DNA of 64,000 nucleotides, from the NCBI GenBank assembly GCA_943361795.1, contig CALRIS020000012.1, positions 21,077 through 85,076 on the forward strand. Direction: 5' to 3'. This DNA is from Pimelobacter simplex. GTDB taxonomy: Bacteria; Cyanobacteriota; Cyanobacteriia; PCC-6307; Cyanobiaceae. Positions 1-9,591 of this stretch are shown here, in pieces; the first letter of the stretch is position 1, and every line of letters starts with the position of its first letter. Both the position numbers and the translations under genes were made by a program. The notes beneath the pieces are model-generated. The model saw only the letters and a program-made list of their open reading frames with translations. It was not told the DNA's origin and did no database searches.

Positions 1-686
1 GCAACCTGGCTGGCAGCCTGTTTGTGATCAGCCTTTTTTACGGACCCGGCCGCAGCCTCGGGGGCTGGAGCTGGGAGGCGGCCCTGGTGGTACTAGGGGT
101 TTATACGGTGCTTGATGGGGCCTGCACTTCGTTCCTACGGCCCAACTTGGCCATGATCGTCACCCATGTGCAGCAGGGCACCCTGGATTTCATCCTGCTG
201 AAACCGATCGATAGTCAGTTTTGGCTGTCCTTTCGAACCGTTTCGCCCGCCGGCCTACCGGAGATTGTTACCGGCCTGGGGCTGATCCTCTGGGCCGCTG
301 GCAAGGCCGGCGCCTCTCTCACGCCAACGGGCTGTCTAACGGCGGCGTTGATGCTGGCCTCGAGCCTGGTGATCCTCTACAGCCTCTGGTTTGGCCTGGC
401 CACCACATCTATTTGGTTCGTCAAAACCTGGAATGCCACCGAGGTGTTGCGCGCCGCCCTCACGGCAGGCCGCTATCCGATCAGCGCCTACCCCCTGGGC
501 CTGCGCAGCCTGCTCACGGTGGTGCTGCCGGTGGCCTTCCTCACCACGGTGCCTGCCGAGGCCATCCTGGGCCGGGTCAGTGGGGGCGCCGCTGCGGCGT
601 CCCTGCTGATGGCCACGGTCTGCCTGATCCTGTGCCGGGGGTTCTGGGGCTATGCCCTGCGGTTTTACACCTCGGCGTCGAGTTAA
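1..686 (+). CDS. ABC-2 family transporter permease (DUF990-like), N-terminus probably outside the window
   Basis: The frame is open from nt 3 with no stop before the listed GTG at 24. The product is multi-pass hydrophobic (LDFILLKPIDSQFWL, TSIWFVKTWNATEV). The family call is from memory of ABC-2/DUF990 permeases and was not searched. Confidence 0.55.
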   Translation, partial: NLAGSLFVISLFYGPGRSLGGWSWEAALVVLGVYTVLDGACTSFLRPNLAMIVTHVQQGTLDFILLKPIDSQFWLSFRTVSPAGLPEIVTGLGLILWAAGKAGASLTPTGCLTAALMLASSLVILYSLWFGLATTSIWFVKTWNATEVLRAALTAGRYPISAYPLGLRSLLTVVLPVAFLTTVPAEAILGRVSGGAAAASLLMATVCLILCRGFWGYALRFYTSASS

Positions 687-785
687 ACGGGCTGATGGCT
701 TAACAGGGATAGAACTCTCTGTCGGCACAATCACCGGCCCCCTTGCCGGTGATGCGGGAAACTGGACTAACGACAAGCGCTATCC

Positions 786-1217
786 ATGGCCCAGACCCTG
801 CGGGACCGCCGCTCACCGCTGGTGAGTCTGCGCCCAGCCACCAGCGATCAAAATGATGCGGCCCCCACCGATGCGAACTCCCAGGCCGGGGCCGCCAGTC
901 GGCGCAATGGCTTTGGAGGGGGCTCCCCCAAGGGCTCGGCGAAAGCGGCCAAGCCCGGTGCCAAAGGCCGCAAGAAAAAAGGCACCGGCCTCAGCGCCGC
1001 CGATCGGGGCCCCCTGGGCAAGGATCCAGACCTGGAAGCGATTGTGGCCAGACAACGGTTGCACCTGTCCCTCTCCGGTCGCCTCAGCGAAGCCGAAGTA
1101 ACGCGGGCCTGGAAGCTGGCCGCCGGTGAACACCATCCTGACCGGGGTGGCCTGCATGACACCATGCAACTCATTAATGGCGCCCGGGACCTCCTCCTGG
1201 GCAGGGGCCTGGTTTGA
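786..1217 (+). CDS. J-domain (DnaJ-like) protein with a K/G/A-rich low-complexity N-terminal half
   Basis: C-terminal J-domain signature WKLAAGEHHPDRGG (HPD motif) followed by INGARDLLLG. Confidence 0.65.
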   Translation: MAQTLRDRRSPLVSLRPATSDQNDAAPTDANSQAGAASRRNGFGGGSPKGSAKAAKPGAKGRKKKGTGLSAADRGPLGKDPDLEAIVARQRLHLSLSGRLSEAEVTRAWKLAAGEHHPDRGGLHDTMQLINGARDLLLGRGLV

Positions 1218-1428
1218 AGAGTTGGTTAACTAGCGCTTCTTTCTAAGGGCCCGTATATCCGAATTTGACTACAATTTTTCAACCGCAGGCTTGGCCTTGA
1301 AGAAGCCCATGCAGGCGCTTTAGTTGTTGTCTGGTGACTGCCAAGAGAAATGCAAACCCAGGGAATGGCCCAATGACAGAAACCTAGGTAGACGCCTGAT
1401 CCGTACGGGACCCTATGGCCAAGCCCCC

Positions 1429-2064
1429 CTATCCACCGCCACCGGCCTGGCCCGATTTTCCGCCACCGGCGCGGCCGCCCCGGCCTGGTGAAGCCAGCAG
1501 GGCAGCCAGTCGCAACGCTTCTGCCCCATCGGGCCGGCGCCATTGCCCTGGGGCCAGGCCCGCCAGGCTGAGGGGTTCGCCACCATCCATCAGATCGATC
1601 GAAACCCGGATCAACCGCAGGGTGGGCAGGCCCACCGCCGCAGTCATGCGCCGCACCTGGCGGTTGCGCCCTTCGCACAGATCCAGTTCCAGCCAGGCGG
1701 TGGGCACCTGCAGCCGGTGCCGGATCGGCGGCTGCCGCCCAGCGATCGCCGCCGCCTCCAGTTCGGCAGGTTCAAGCAGGCGGGCCCGGGCCTCCAGGGT
1801 TAGCCGACCCTGGATCAGGAGCCCCTGGCGCAGGGCCGCAAGGGCTGGCGGATCTGGGGTGCCTTCCACCTGCACCCAGTAACGGCGCCAGTGGCCCCAG
1901 GCCGGATCGGTGAGCCGATGCTGCAGCCGGCCGTTGTCCGTTAACACCAGCAAGCCTTCGCTATCGGCATCGAGGCGGCCGGCGGCATAAATCTCGGGAA
2001 CCTGGATGTGGTCCGCCAGGCAGCCCCAGCGACTCCCAGGCTCGGGGGTGAACTGGCTGAGCAC
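1429..2064 (-). CDS. rluE: 23S rRNA pseudouridine synthase, RluE/RsuA family
   Basis: AAGRLDADSEGLLVLTDNG (catalytic Asp motif) and EGRNRQVRRMTAAVGLPTLRLIR are present. The conserved first strand LLFHKPYGV is encoded upstream of the listed GTG, so the true start lies between 2065 and 2154 (see finding). Confidence 0.8.
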   Translation of the reverse strand: MLSQFTPEPGSRWGCLADHIQVPEIYAAGRLDADSEGLLVLTDNGRLQHRLTDPAWGHWRRYWVQVEGTPDPPALAALRQGLLIQGRLTLEARARLLEPAELEAAAIAGRQPPIRHRLQVPTAWLELDLCEGRNRQVRRMTAAVGLPTLRLIRVSIDLMDGGEPLSLAGLAPGQWRRPDGAEALRLAALLASPGRGGRAGGGKSGQAGGGG

Positions 2065-2119
2065 CCCGTAGGGCTTATGGAATAACAGGGTGGTCAGGGG
2101 CTCCAGGAGTTCTGGGATT

Positions 2120-2209
2120 TCAGGAAGCCTGGCGGGCCTTCCAAAGGTTGACAGCGCCGATGCAGATCAGTAACAGGCCCAGGTCCATCGCGAGCGGAGG
2201 CAGGATCAT
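2120..2209 (-). CDS. Candidate 29-aa single-helix peptide (MILPPLAMDLGLLLICIGAVNLWKARQAS)
   Basis: ATG at 2209 and TGA at 2122-2120. Hydrophobic core followed by a basic tail. It overlaps the only possible 5' extension of rluE in another frame. I recognised no homology. Confidence 0.25.
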   Translation of the reverse strand: MILPPLAMDLGLLLICIGAVNLWKARQAS

Positions 2210-2356
2210 TAAGGGCTAGGGCCGGGTTGGCGCCAGGGATGCTGGCGTGACCCTAGGTGCCAGAACCGGGCCGCGCGGATGGGTTTCTCCCCCCTTGGCG
2301 GCAATGGCGCCCCCTAGGGTGGGTGGTGAAGTTTGAAATGGTCCTGGCGGCAGCGC

Positions 2357-2626
2357 ATGATCGAGACATCCGGCGTGATCGAGAAGGAGCAGGGCAACGG
2401 GTTCTACCTGGTGACACTCGAGCAGCCGGCCGGTCACCAGTGCCTCTGCCGGGCGGCGGGCAAACTGACGAAATTCCGCATCAAGCTGCTGGCAGGCGAC
2501 AAGGTGTTGGTGGAAATCAGCCCCTACGACCTCACCCGTGGCCGCATCACCTACCGGGAACGCAATGCCGGCGCCACCGGTCCCCGTCCTGGCGGCAACA
2601 GGCCCGGTGGTCCTCGCCGGCGTTGA
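2357..2626 (+). CDS. infA: Translation initiation factor IF-1 with a G/P/R-rich C-terminal tail
   Basis: MIETSGVIEKEQGNGFYLVTLEQPAGHQCLCRAAGKLTKFRIKLLAGDKVLVEISPYDLTRGRITYRERN is an S1-like IF-1 fold sequence. The internal ATG at 2357 is preferred over the listed 2333. A roughly 20-aa tail AGATGPRPGGNRPGGPRRR follows. Confidence 0.9.
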   Translation: MIETSGVIEKEQGNGFYLVTLEQPAGHQCLCRAAGKLTKFRIKLLAGDKVLVEISPYDLTRGRITYRERNAGATGPRPGGNRPGGPRRR

Positions 2627-2630
2627 GCAA

Positions 2631-2676
2631 GCCCCAAAAAAAAGCCCCTGGCCGGCCCAGCCTTGGGGCATTTTTT
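2631..2676. terminator. Candidate bidirectional intrinsic terminator between convergent infA and the ntrC-type gene
   Basis: GCCCCAA (2631-2637) pairs with TTGGGGC (2663-2669). The stem is flanked by an A-run upstream and TTTTTT (2671-2676) downstream. Confidence 0.5.
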
Positions 2677-2744
2677 GTGGTCAAGCCTGGGGCCCAAGCA
2701 CCGCCCCAGGCCCCTGGTAGGACCATGGCCTGCGCCAGCCAGCT

Positions 2745-4139
2745 CTAGAGCAAAGCCGCAATCGCAGCCTTAAATTCGCTGCGCTGTTTGACGCCCTTGA
2801 ACTGCTGCTTCAGTTCCTTACGGAAGAACAGCTGCACCGTGGGGGTGCCGGTTACCCCGGCTTGCTCGGCAATCGCCTGATCGATCTCAATATCAATTTC
2901 CACCCCCTGGGCGGCGCCGGCGAAGTCCTGCAGCACCCGCTTGAGCTGGGGCTTGAGCACATGGCAAGGGCCACAACTGGGGGAGGAATAGACCACCAGC
3001 AGGGGGCCATCACAATCGTGATAAAGCTTGCGCAGGGCGTAGCTGCCCTTTTGCCATAGGGCTGAGGGGTCGTAGTTGGCCTCATCGCTGGTCGCCGTGC
3101 GCACGGGCTCTCCGGCCGGGGCTGGATCGACCGGGTTGTGACTAACGGTGACCGCCAGGTCATGGTGGGTGAGCCAGCGTTCGGCCGCCAGGGCGGCCTG
3201 GCAGCCACTGCCGGCGGCGGTGATGCCCTGGCGCCACTCGGTGTCGGCGACGTCACCGGCGGCAAACACCCCATCAACACTGGTTTCGGGGCGGCCGGAG
3301 CGCACCTGCAGATAGCCCTGGCTATCGAGCTCGATTTGACCGGCCACCAGGCCCGTATTGGGGGTGTGACCAATCGCGTAGAAGAGCCCCTTCACGGCCA
3401 GTGTTTGCTCCTGGCCACTGGTTGTATGACGCAACTGAATCGTTTCGAGCCAGTTGCCACCGGCCACATCGACCAGATCCTGGTTCCAGTGCACGCTGAT
3501 GGCGGGATTGGCCAGCACCCGATCGGCCATGGCCTTGCTGGCCCGCAATGCATCGCGGCGCACGATCAGATGGACCTTGCTGCCGTATTTCGTGAGATAG
3601 ACCGCCTCCTCGCAGGCCGAATCGCCGCCGCCCACCACGGCCAGTTCGGCGTTGCGGAACTGGGGCGTAGCCCCATCGCAAATGGCGCAGGCACTAATGC
3701 CCCGGCTCCAAAAATCCTGTTCATGGGGTAGGCCAAGGCGGTTAGCGCTGGCGCCAGTGGCCAGGATCAGGGCCTGGGTTTCGATCACCTGGCCCTCCAC
3801 CGTGACGCGATAGGGCCGCTCGAGCACGTCGATCGCATCGACGTCGGCCTCAACCAGGCGCGTGCCCCAACGCACGGCTTGGGCCCGCATCCGGTCCATC
3901 AGATCGGGGCCCAGGATCCCATCGGGGAAGCCGGGGAAATTCTCCACATCGGTGGTGGTCATCAGCTGACCACCGGCGATGCCGCCGGCCTGGAAGCCCG
4001 TGATCAGCAGGGGGCTGAGGTTGGCCCGGGCGGCATAGATGGCGGCGGTGTAGCCGGCGGGCCCGGAGCCAACGATGACCAGGTTTTCCGGGGCGACCTG
4101 GGGGGCAGCGGCAGAGACCATGGGCTTAGGCGGACTCAC
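2745..4139 (-). CDS. ntrC: NADPH-dependent thioredoxin reductase C (thioredoxin reductase fused to thioredoxin)
   Basis: N-terminal FAD motif [19 protein letters not shown], redox CAICDG, NADPH motif [12 protein letters not shown], and a C-terminal thioredoxin module with SPSCGPCH. Confidence 0.9.
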   Translation of the reverse strand: MSPPKPMVSAAAPQVAPENLVIVGSGPAGYTAAIYAARANLSPLLITGFQAGGIAGGQLMTTTDVENFPGFPDGILGPDLMDRMRAQAVRWGTRLVEADVDAIDVLERPYRVTVEGQVIETQALILATGASANRLGLPHEQDFWSRGISACAICDGATPQFRNAELAVVGGGDSACEEAVYLTKYGSKVHLIVRRDALRASKAMADRVLANPAISVHWNQDLVDVAGGNWLETIQLRHTTSGQEQTLAVKGLFYAIGHTPNTGLVAGQIELDSQGYLQVRSGRPETSVDGVFAAGDVADTEWRQGITAAGSGCQAALAAERWLTHHDLAVTVSHNPVDPAPAGEPVRTATSDEANYDPSALWQKGSYALRKLYHDCDGPLLVVYSSPSCGPCHVLKPQLKRVLQDFAGAAQGVEIDIEIDQAIAEQAGVTGTPTVQLFFRKELKQQFKGVKQRSEFKAAIAALL

Positions 4140-4269
4140 TTCGCTTTTAATCTAGGCCCCTTCCCCTGGCTGCAGGGGCCTGCTTCAGCCGGCAAAGGAC
4201 CGCAAGGAATGGCCGGTAGTCCAAAAACTTGCCGGTCTTAGGGGTCAGTTCCGGTAAAAATTTTAAATT

Positions 4270-4542
4270 TCAATCGGTCCGTCCGGGGCCTGGGCTGCTC
4301 CAATCGCGTAGGCCCTCTCCTCCAAGGCGATCGCCCAGCCTGCCGCCTGGGAAAACCTTCGGAACCATCAACACCGATTCGGCCAGCAGCTCCGGCTGGT
4401 CATCCAGGCAGAGGATCCACTCACGAAACTCCTGGGTAAGGGCGAAGCTGTCCTCGTAGCGCTCGCGGGCGTCGAGGTTGGTGATACGTGCTACAGACCA
4501 GTTCATCGCCACCGAGAGGCGCCGTTGGATCGAACCGTGCAT
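4270..4542 (-). CDS. Small hypothetical protein downstream of the helicase gene
   Basis: The ORF lies 97 nt downstream of the helicase on the same strand. An internal start at MNWSVARITNLDARERYEDSF is possible. No family recognised. Confidence 0.35.
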   Translation of the reverse strand: MHGSIQRRLSVAMNWSVARITNLDARERYEDSFALTQEFREWILCLDDQPELLAESVLMVPKVFPGGRLGDRLGGEGLRDWSSPGPGRTD

Positions 4543-4638
4543 GATTCAGCTCCTTTAGGAGCCACGCTGGTCGACACGGGGCCGGGCCAGGGCGGCGGGT
4601 ACGCAGAAGTTCGCATTGTTTCTGGATCCAGTGTGTAA

Positions 4639-6108
4639 TCACGGCTGCAGCAGAAAGTTCGGCAGTTGGGGGCCGCGCAGCCGAATCAGCTCGCCAGCCC
4701 CATCGGCCATGGCCTCCAGGGGCAATCCCGGCGCCCGGCCCCAGCCCTGGGGGTCTGCCGTTTCGGCCACCCCAGGCTTGCTGCGCAGGAGGTAGGGCTC
4801 ACTGATCGACCAACTGCGGGCGTACTGCATCAGCAGCGGATCGGCTGGAGCAAACACATAGGAGGGATGGCGGGGCACGGCTTCCAGCTGGCTGCGCTCC
4901 CCATCGATGCGCACCGCCCGGGTGATCGCCTGCACGAAGCGGCTGCGGGTCACCACCGTGGTCAGATAGGCCACAACCCTGAGCCGCGGGGCATCAAAGC
5001 CCTCCGAGGCCATATCGATACTCACCAGCCAGTCGGCACGGCCGTTCTGGAACTCGGCCAGCTGGCTAGCGGCCTCGGGGTCCTGGGAATGGACGAGCAC
5101 CACCTGGTCGCCCTCCTCGATCAGCAGCTGGCCCAGGCCGCGGGCGTGGGAGATGTCGCGGGCAATCACAATGCCGCCGGCGCCCGGATGGTGGCGCCGC
5201 ACCATCTCCAAGCGTTTGCGGGCATTCAGCAACACCCTTAGGGCAATGCTGCTGCCATCGCCTAGGCGGATCGCCCGGCGCAGGTTGCGGGCCCGCCAAC
5301 TTTCCCGCTCTTCGGCCGAAAGGGGGGAGCGTTCAAGGTCTGGATTGGTGCCCTCCTGGCGGCCGTGGTCGATCCAGCCATCTTGAAAGCGGAATTCCAG
5401 GGGCCGCACATCGCCGGCGGCAATCAGCTGGCGCGGTTCGACGCTCAGGTCCGGCGCGATCAACTCGACCATGGCGCCGGCCTCCTGAACCTGGACGCGA
5501 CGGGCGGAGCAGAACCCCAGGTTGTCGGCCCGAAAGGGGGTGCCGGTGAGCCCAAGCCGCAGGCTGGCGCCGGCGGTTAGGGCGCTGAAGGTCTGCCCCC
5601 AGGCGCTGGCCTCCGGCTCTTCCGGATCGAGGCCCAGGTGGTGCACCTCATCGGCAATCGCCAGCCAGGCGCCAAGCCCAGCGCCAGCGAGCTGCTCCTG
5701 CAGGGCCACCTGGTTGCGGCTGGCCGCCTGGTAGGTGAGCAGCAGGCCATGCCAGGGGCTCGGGCCCCCGGTTGGATCGGCCCCAGCAAAGGCCGGGTCC
5801 CAGTCGCGCAGGTCCAAACCGAGGCGGCTGGCGGCCAGGCGCCATTGGCTCGCAATCGAACTGCGATGGGTGAACACCACAAAGCGCTGCAGCCGCCCAT
5901 CGGCGGCAAGGGCTTGGTACCCCAGGAGGGCGCCGAGGGTTTTGCCGGCCCCGGGACCGGCGTGGATGAGCACGTCCTGGCCGCCAGGTTCTTGGCGCTC
6001 CAGGCGGCGGCGCAGCAACTGGATCAGCTGGCTTTGCCACTGGCGCGGCCGCGGCGCCTGGACACCTTTGGCGGGGCCGGAAACCAGGGTGAAGGACGGT
6101 GCTGCCAT
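4639..6108 (-). CDS. Superfamily-2 DEAD/DEAH-type helicase (type III restriction Res-subunit-like core)
   Basis: Walker A HAGPGAGKTLGA, motif II IADEVHHLG, motif III LTGTPFR, and motif VI-like FVQAITRAVR. Confidence 0.75.
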   Translation of the reverse strand: MAAPSFTLVSGPAKGVQAPRPRQWQSQLIQLLRRRLERQEPGGQDVLIHAGPGAGKTLGALLGYQALAADGRLQRFVVFTHRSSIASQWRLAASRLGLDLRDWDPAFAGADPTGGPSPWHGLLLTYQAASRNQVALQEQLAGAGLGAWLAIADEVHHLGLDPEEPEASAWGQTFSALTAGASLRLGLTGTPFRADNLGFCSARRVQVQEAGAMVELIAPDLSVEPRQLIAAGDVRPLEFRFQDGWIDHGRQEGTNPDLERSPLSAEERESWRARNLRRAIRLGDGSSIALRVLLNARKRLEMVRRHHPGAGGIVIARDISHARGLGQLLIEEGDQVVLVHSQDPEAASQLAEFQNGRADWLVSIDMASEGFDAPRLRVVAYLTTVVTRSRFVQAITRAVRIDGERSQLEAVPRHPSYVFAPADPLLMQYARSWSISEPYLLRSKPGVAETADPQGWGRAPGLPLEAMADGAGELIRLRGPQLPNFLLQP

Positions 6109-6182
6109 GGCGCCATTGTGTCGCCGCTCCAGGGATCGAGATCCGGGCCGCAGATTGGGACCCCGATCGCTGATGAGAATGG

Positions 6183-6440
6183 GTGTTTTGGCCCATTCCC
6201 AATGGAGCCAGGCTCTCTAGTTTCAAGCCATCAGCCAGCTTCAGGGTGTTCCCCTGCCAGCCCATGGATGCCTGTTTGCCCTTCTCTTTTACGGTGGACC
6301 ATTGGCGTGAGCGTTTCGAGCTCGCTTGGCAGCAGGATTGCGATATTGATCCGATCATCCTGCGGACCCGTTTCTTGCGCCTAAGGGGCTACTGGCAGCA
6401 AGCCCGCTGCCTCGACCAGGAATTACTTCCCTATTTCTGA
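6183..6440 (+). CDS. Hypothetical small protein (start uncertain; internal MDACLPFSF possible)
   Basis: ORF only. It is divergent from the helicase gene. No motif recognised. Confidence 0.3.
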   Translation: MFWPIPNGARLSSFKPSASFRVFPCQPMDACLPFSFTVDHWRERFELAWQQDCDIDPIILRTRFLRLRGYWQQARCLDQELLPYF

Positions 6441-6737
6441 GGTACTAGCCCGGCTCGAAAAAGGTTCGCTGGAGGTCTTAGGCAAAAGCCGAAACGAGAA
6501 AGGACGCCCATGGGTGCTGAACCAAGCGATTTTTCGATCTCAACAATCAGCTAGTTCTGCCCTAATAAGACGCGAACCTGATCCATGCTTGGCAAAGCTT
6601 TTGACTGGTGCTCAAAAGCCTATGAAGGCTGAAATGCCGTGCCTGCGAAACTGTTTCCTAAGGCGGTTTTTTGTCCCAGGCGGGTCGTGGCCGGTGCGGT
6701 GGCTGCCAAGCTGCTCCCCTAAAAGGTTGGTCCTGGC

Positions 6738-7841
6738 TTGGAGTGTCCACTAGCCACAGAGCTGGGTTTGCCCCCATTTCGGCCGCGCTGGCCCTGGTGG
6801 AGCTCCGACCTCCAGACCCTGCGGGACACCCTGCGGAACCCCTCCTTAGGGCCGGATCAGGGGCAGCCGATCCTGACGGATCTAGGCCAAGGCGACCGGT
6901 TGCTGTCGTCCCTCGATGGGCCCCTGGGGCAGGGGGATGCTGGGGGCCAAGCCCGGGGCCTGGTGCTCGTGCTCCATGGTTTGGGCGGCTCGAGCCAGGC
7001 AGCGGGCGTGCGGCGCCTGGGCCAGCTCCTGCAACGCAACGGCTTTGCCGTGCTGCGTCCCAACCTGCGCGGGGCCGGCCAGGGCCGCCCCCTGGCTAGG
7101 GGCTCCTACGCCGCCCAGTGCAATCGGGACCTCCTGCCCTTGCTCGCCCAGGCGCGGCAGCTGGCCCAGGGCCGTCCCCTGCTGGCGGTGGGCCTCTCCC
7201 TGGGCGGAACCGTGTTGCTGAATGGCTGCCTGGCCGAGGATTCCCTGGGCTCGCCATCCCCAAGCCCCGGCGCCTTGCCCCGCCTCGATGGCTTGGCCTG
7301 CGTCAGTAGCCCCTTGGATCTGGTGGCCTGTTCGGCCCAGATTGACCAGCCCCGCAACCGGCTCTACCAGCGCTGGTTGTTGCAGCGGCTGCATCGGCAG
7401 GTGCGGACAGACCCCCAGGCCGATCGACCAGGGGGCTTGCCCACGGATCGAGGGGGCCCGGCGCCATCGATCCGCAGCTTTGATACCCAGATCACAGCTC
7501 CGCTCTGGGGCTACCCCTCGGTGGAGGCCTACTACACCGGGGCCAGTCCCCTGGCGCGGCTGCTCCAGGGCGCCCAGGGCAGGGGCCTCGGCTTGCCGCC
7601 GGCCCTCTGGCTCCATGCCAGCGACGACCCCTGGGTGCCCGCCGATGGCACCATGGCCCTAGCGGCGGCCCTGGCCAAGTTCAGCAAGGGAACCGGGCCT
7701 GGCCGGGGCGATGCGGCGGTGTTGATCACCCCTGGCGGCGGACACAACGGCTTCCACGGCCAAGGGGATCCGATCACGGCCAGTTGGAGCGATCGGCTGG
7801 TGCTGGCCTGGCTACTTCGGCTTGTGGAATCAGCCAGTTGA
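6738..7841 (+). CDS. Alpha/beta-fold hydrolase, YheT-like
   Basis: N-terminal FRPRWPWWSSDLQTLRDT (YheT-type), oxyanion region VLVLHGLGGSS, and nucleophile elbow GLSLGG. TTG start. Confidence 0.75.
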   Translation: MECPLATELGLPPFRPRWPWWSSDLQTLRDTLRNPSLGPDQGQPILTDLGQGDRLLSSLDGPLGQGDAGGQARGLVLVLHGLGGSSQAAGVRRLGQLLQRNGFAVLRPNLRGAGQGRPLARGSYAAQCNRDLLPLLAQARQLAQGRPLLAVGLSLGGTVLLNGCLAEDSLGSPSPSPGALPRLDGLACVSSPLDLVACSAQIDQPRNRLYQRWLLQRLHRQVRTDPQADRPGGLPTDRGGPAPSIRSFDTQITAPLWGYPSVEAYYTGASPLARLLQGAQGRGLGLPPALWLHASDDPWVPADGTMALAAALAKFSKGTGPGRGDAAVLITPGGGHNGFHGQGDPITASWSDRLVLAWLLRLVESAS

Positions 7842-7851
7842 TCCAGAAGCC

Positions 7852-8223
7852 CTAGGCCAATCCCGGCTGGGCCTCCAGGGGCAAGGAGGGCTGCTGAAAC
7901 GGGCAGCGCTTCACGATCCAGGCCTCGATCGGCTGGCCGCCGACCACATGCTCGATCAGGATGCGCTCAATGCGCTCTGGCGTAACGCCGCCATAGACGA
8001 TTCCATCCGGCCAGATCAACAGGATCGGTCCTTCGCGGCAAATGCGCAGGCAGTCGGCCTTGGTGCGCAGCACGATGCCCCCGGGGCGGCCAGGGGTTTC
8101 GAGGCCCAGCTCACGCACCATGGCCTTAAGCCGTTGCCAACTAGCCAGGCCCAGCGCCGGATCCGCCGGACAGCAGAGGTTGTTTTGGGGGGTGGCGCAG
8201 AGCAGCAGGTGGTGGGCGATCAC
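7852..8223 (-). CDS. Thioredoxin-like (2Fe-2S) ferredoxin domain protein
   Basis: HHLLLCATPQNNLCC ... DCLRICREGPILLIWPDGIVYGGVTPERI gives a four-Cys pattern typical of COG3411-type ferredoxins. Confidence 0.65.
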   Translation of the reverse strand: MIAHHLLLCATPQNNLCCPADPALGLASWQRLKAMVRELGLETPGRPGGIVLRTKADCLRICREGPILLIWPDGIVYGGVTPERIERILIEHVVGGQPIEAWIVKRCPFQQPSLPLEAQPGLA

Positions 8224-8234
8224 GGTTGGACGAT

Positions 8235-9467
8235 TCAGGGGCGGGCGGGCGATCCGGCTGCAGCCTCCCGCACCGCCTGGCGGGCCCAGGCATCCGTGGC
8301 CAGCACATCAGCTAGGGCGGGATCGGCCTTGAGGTCAACCCGGTGGCGATCACACACCCGTTCAATCAACCTGGGAATGTCCACAAAGGCGATCTGTTCC
8401 TCGAGGAACAGGGCCACGGCCTGTTCATTGGCGGCATTCATGGCCGCCGGCATGGTGCCGCCGGCCCGGCCGGCCGCATAGGCCAGCTGCATGCAGGGGT
8501 ATTTGGCGGGATCCGGCTGGCGGAAGCTGAGCTGGCCCACCTCGGTGAGATCCAGGCGGCGCCAGGGGGTGTCCAGGCGCTCGGGCCAGCTGAGGCAGTA
8601 AAGGATCGGCAGTTTCATGTCGGGCCAGCCCAGCTGGGCCAACACCGAGGAATCGGCCAGTTCCACCATCGAATGGATGATCGATTGGGGGTGGATGATG
8701 ATATCGATCTGGTCGTAATCGATGCCGAACAGGTAGTGGGCTTCGATCACTTCGAGGCCCTTGTTCATCAAGCTGGCGCTATCGACCGTGATCTTGCGGC
8801 CCATGCTCCAGTTGGGATGGCTGGTGGCATCGGCCACGGTGGCCTTGACCAAATCGGCGGCGTCCCAATCGCGGAAGGCGCCACCGGACGCGGTGAGCTG
8901 GATGCGGCGCAGGCCGGGGGTGGGGATGCCCGTGGAGAGCCGGGCCGTATCGGCCCAGGGGGTGCCCTGCAGGCACTGGAAAATCGCCGAGTGCTCGGAA
9001 TCGGCCGGCAGCAGCCGCGAGCCGGAGCGGGCCAGCTCCGGCAGCACCACCGGGCCGGCAGCAATCAGGGTTTCCTTGTTGGCCAGGGCCAGGTCCTTGC
9101 CGGCCCGGATCGCCGCCAGGGTGGGCAGCAGGCCGGCGCAGCCGACGATGCCGGTGACAACCAGATCGGCGGTGGGCCAGGCGGCGGCGGCGCAGAGGCC
9201 TTCAGGGCCGCCCAGCAACTCAGGCAAGCGGGCGGGACGGTCCTGGGGATCGAGGGCCAGCAGGCGCTCCCGCAGGGTCGCCACCAGGTCGGCATCGGCG
9301 AGGGCCACCACCTCCGGGCGATGGCGCCGGATCTGGTCGATCAGCAGGGTGAGGTTGCGGCCGGCGGTGAGGGCCACCACCCGGAAGCGCTCGGGAAAGT
9401 CATCGACGATCTCCAGGGTCTGGGTGCCGATCGAGCCCGTGGATCCCAGCACGCTGAGGGCTTTCAC
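8235..9467 (-). CDS. dxr: 1-deoxy-D-xylulose 5-phosphate reductoisomerase
   Basis: [26 protein letters not shown] motif, LANKETLI, and [10 protein letters not shown], over the full length. Confidence 0.95.
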   Translation of the reverse strand: MKALSVLGSTGSIGTQTLEIVDDFPERFRVVALTAGRNLTLLIDQIRRHRPEVVALADADLVATLRERLLALDPQDRPARLPELLGGPEGLCAAAAWPTADLVVTGIVGCAGLLPTLAAIRAGKDLALANKETLIAAGPVVLPELARSGSRLLPADSEHSAIFQCLQGTPWADTARLSTGIPTPGLRRIQLTASGGAFRDWDAADLVKATVADATSHPNWSMGRKITVDSASLMNKGLEVIEAHYLFGIDYDQIDIIIHPQSIIHSMVELADSSVLAQLGWPDMKLPILYCLSWPERLDTPWRRLDLTEVGQLSFRQPDPAKYPCMQLAYAAGRAGGTMPAAMNAANEQAVALFLEEQIAFVDIPRLIERVCDRHRVDLKADPALADVLATDAWARQAVREAAAGSPARP

Positions 9468-9591
9468 AGGCGGATCGGCAACGGTGGGGCCAGTCTCCCA
9501 TCGGGGCCGCAGCCCGGGCCCCGGGCCGGCCGGCAGCCCAGGAAAGGCTTAACTGGAAGCCCGTTTCCACCCACCGGTTGGGGCTGCCCCC

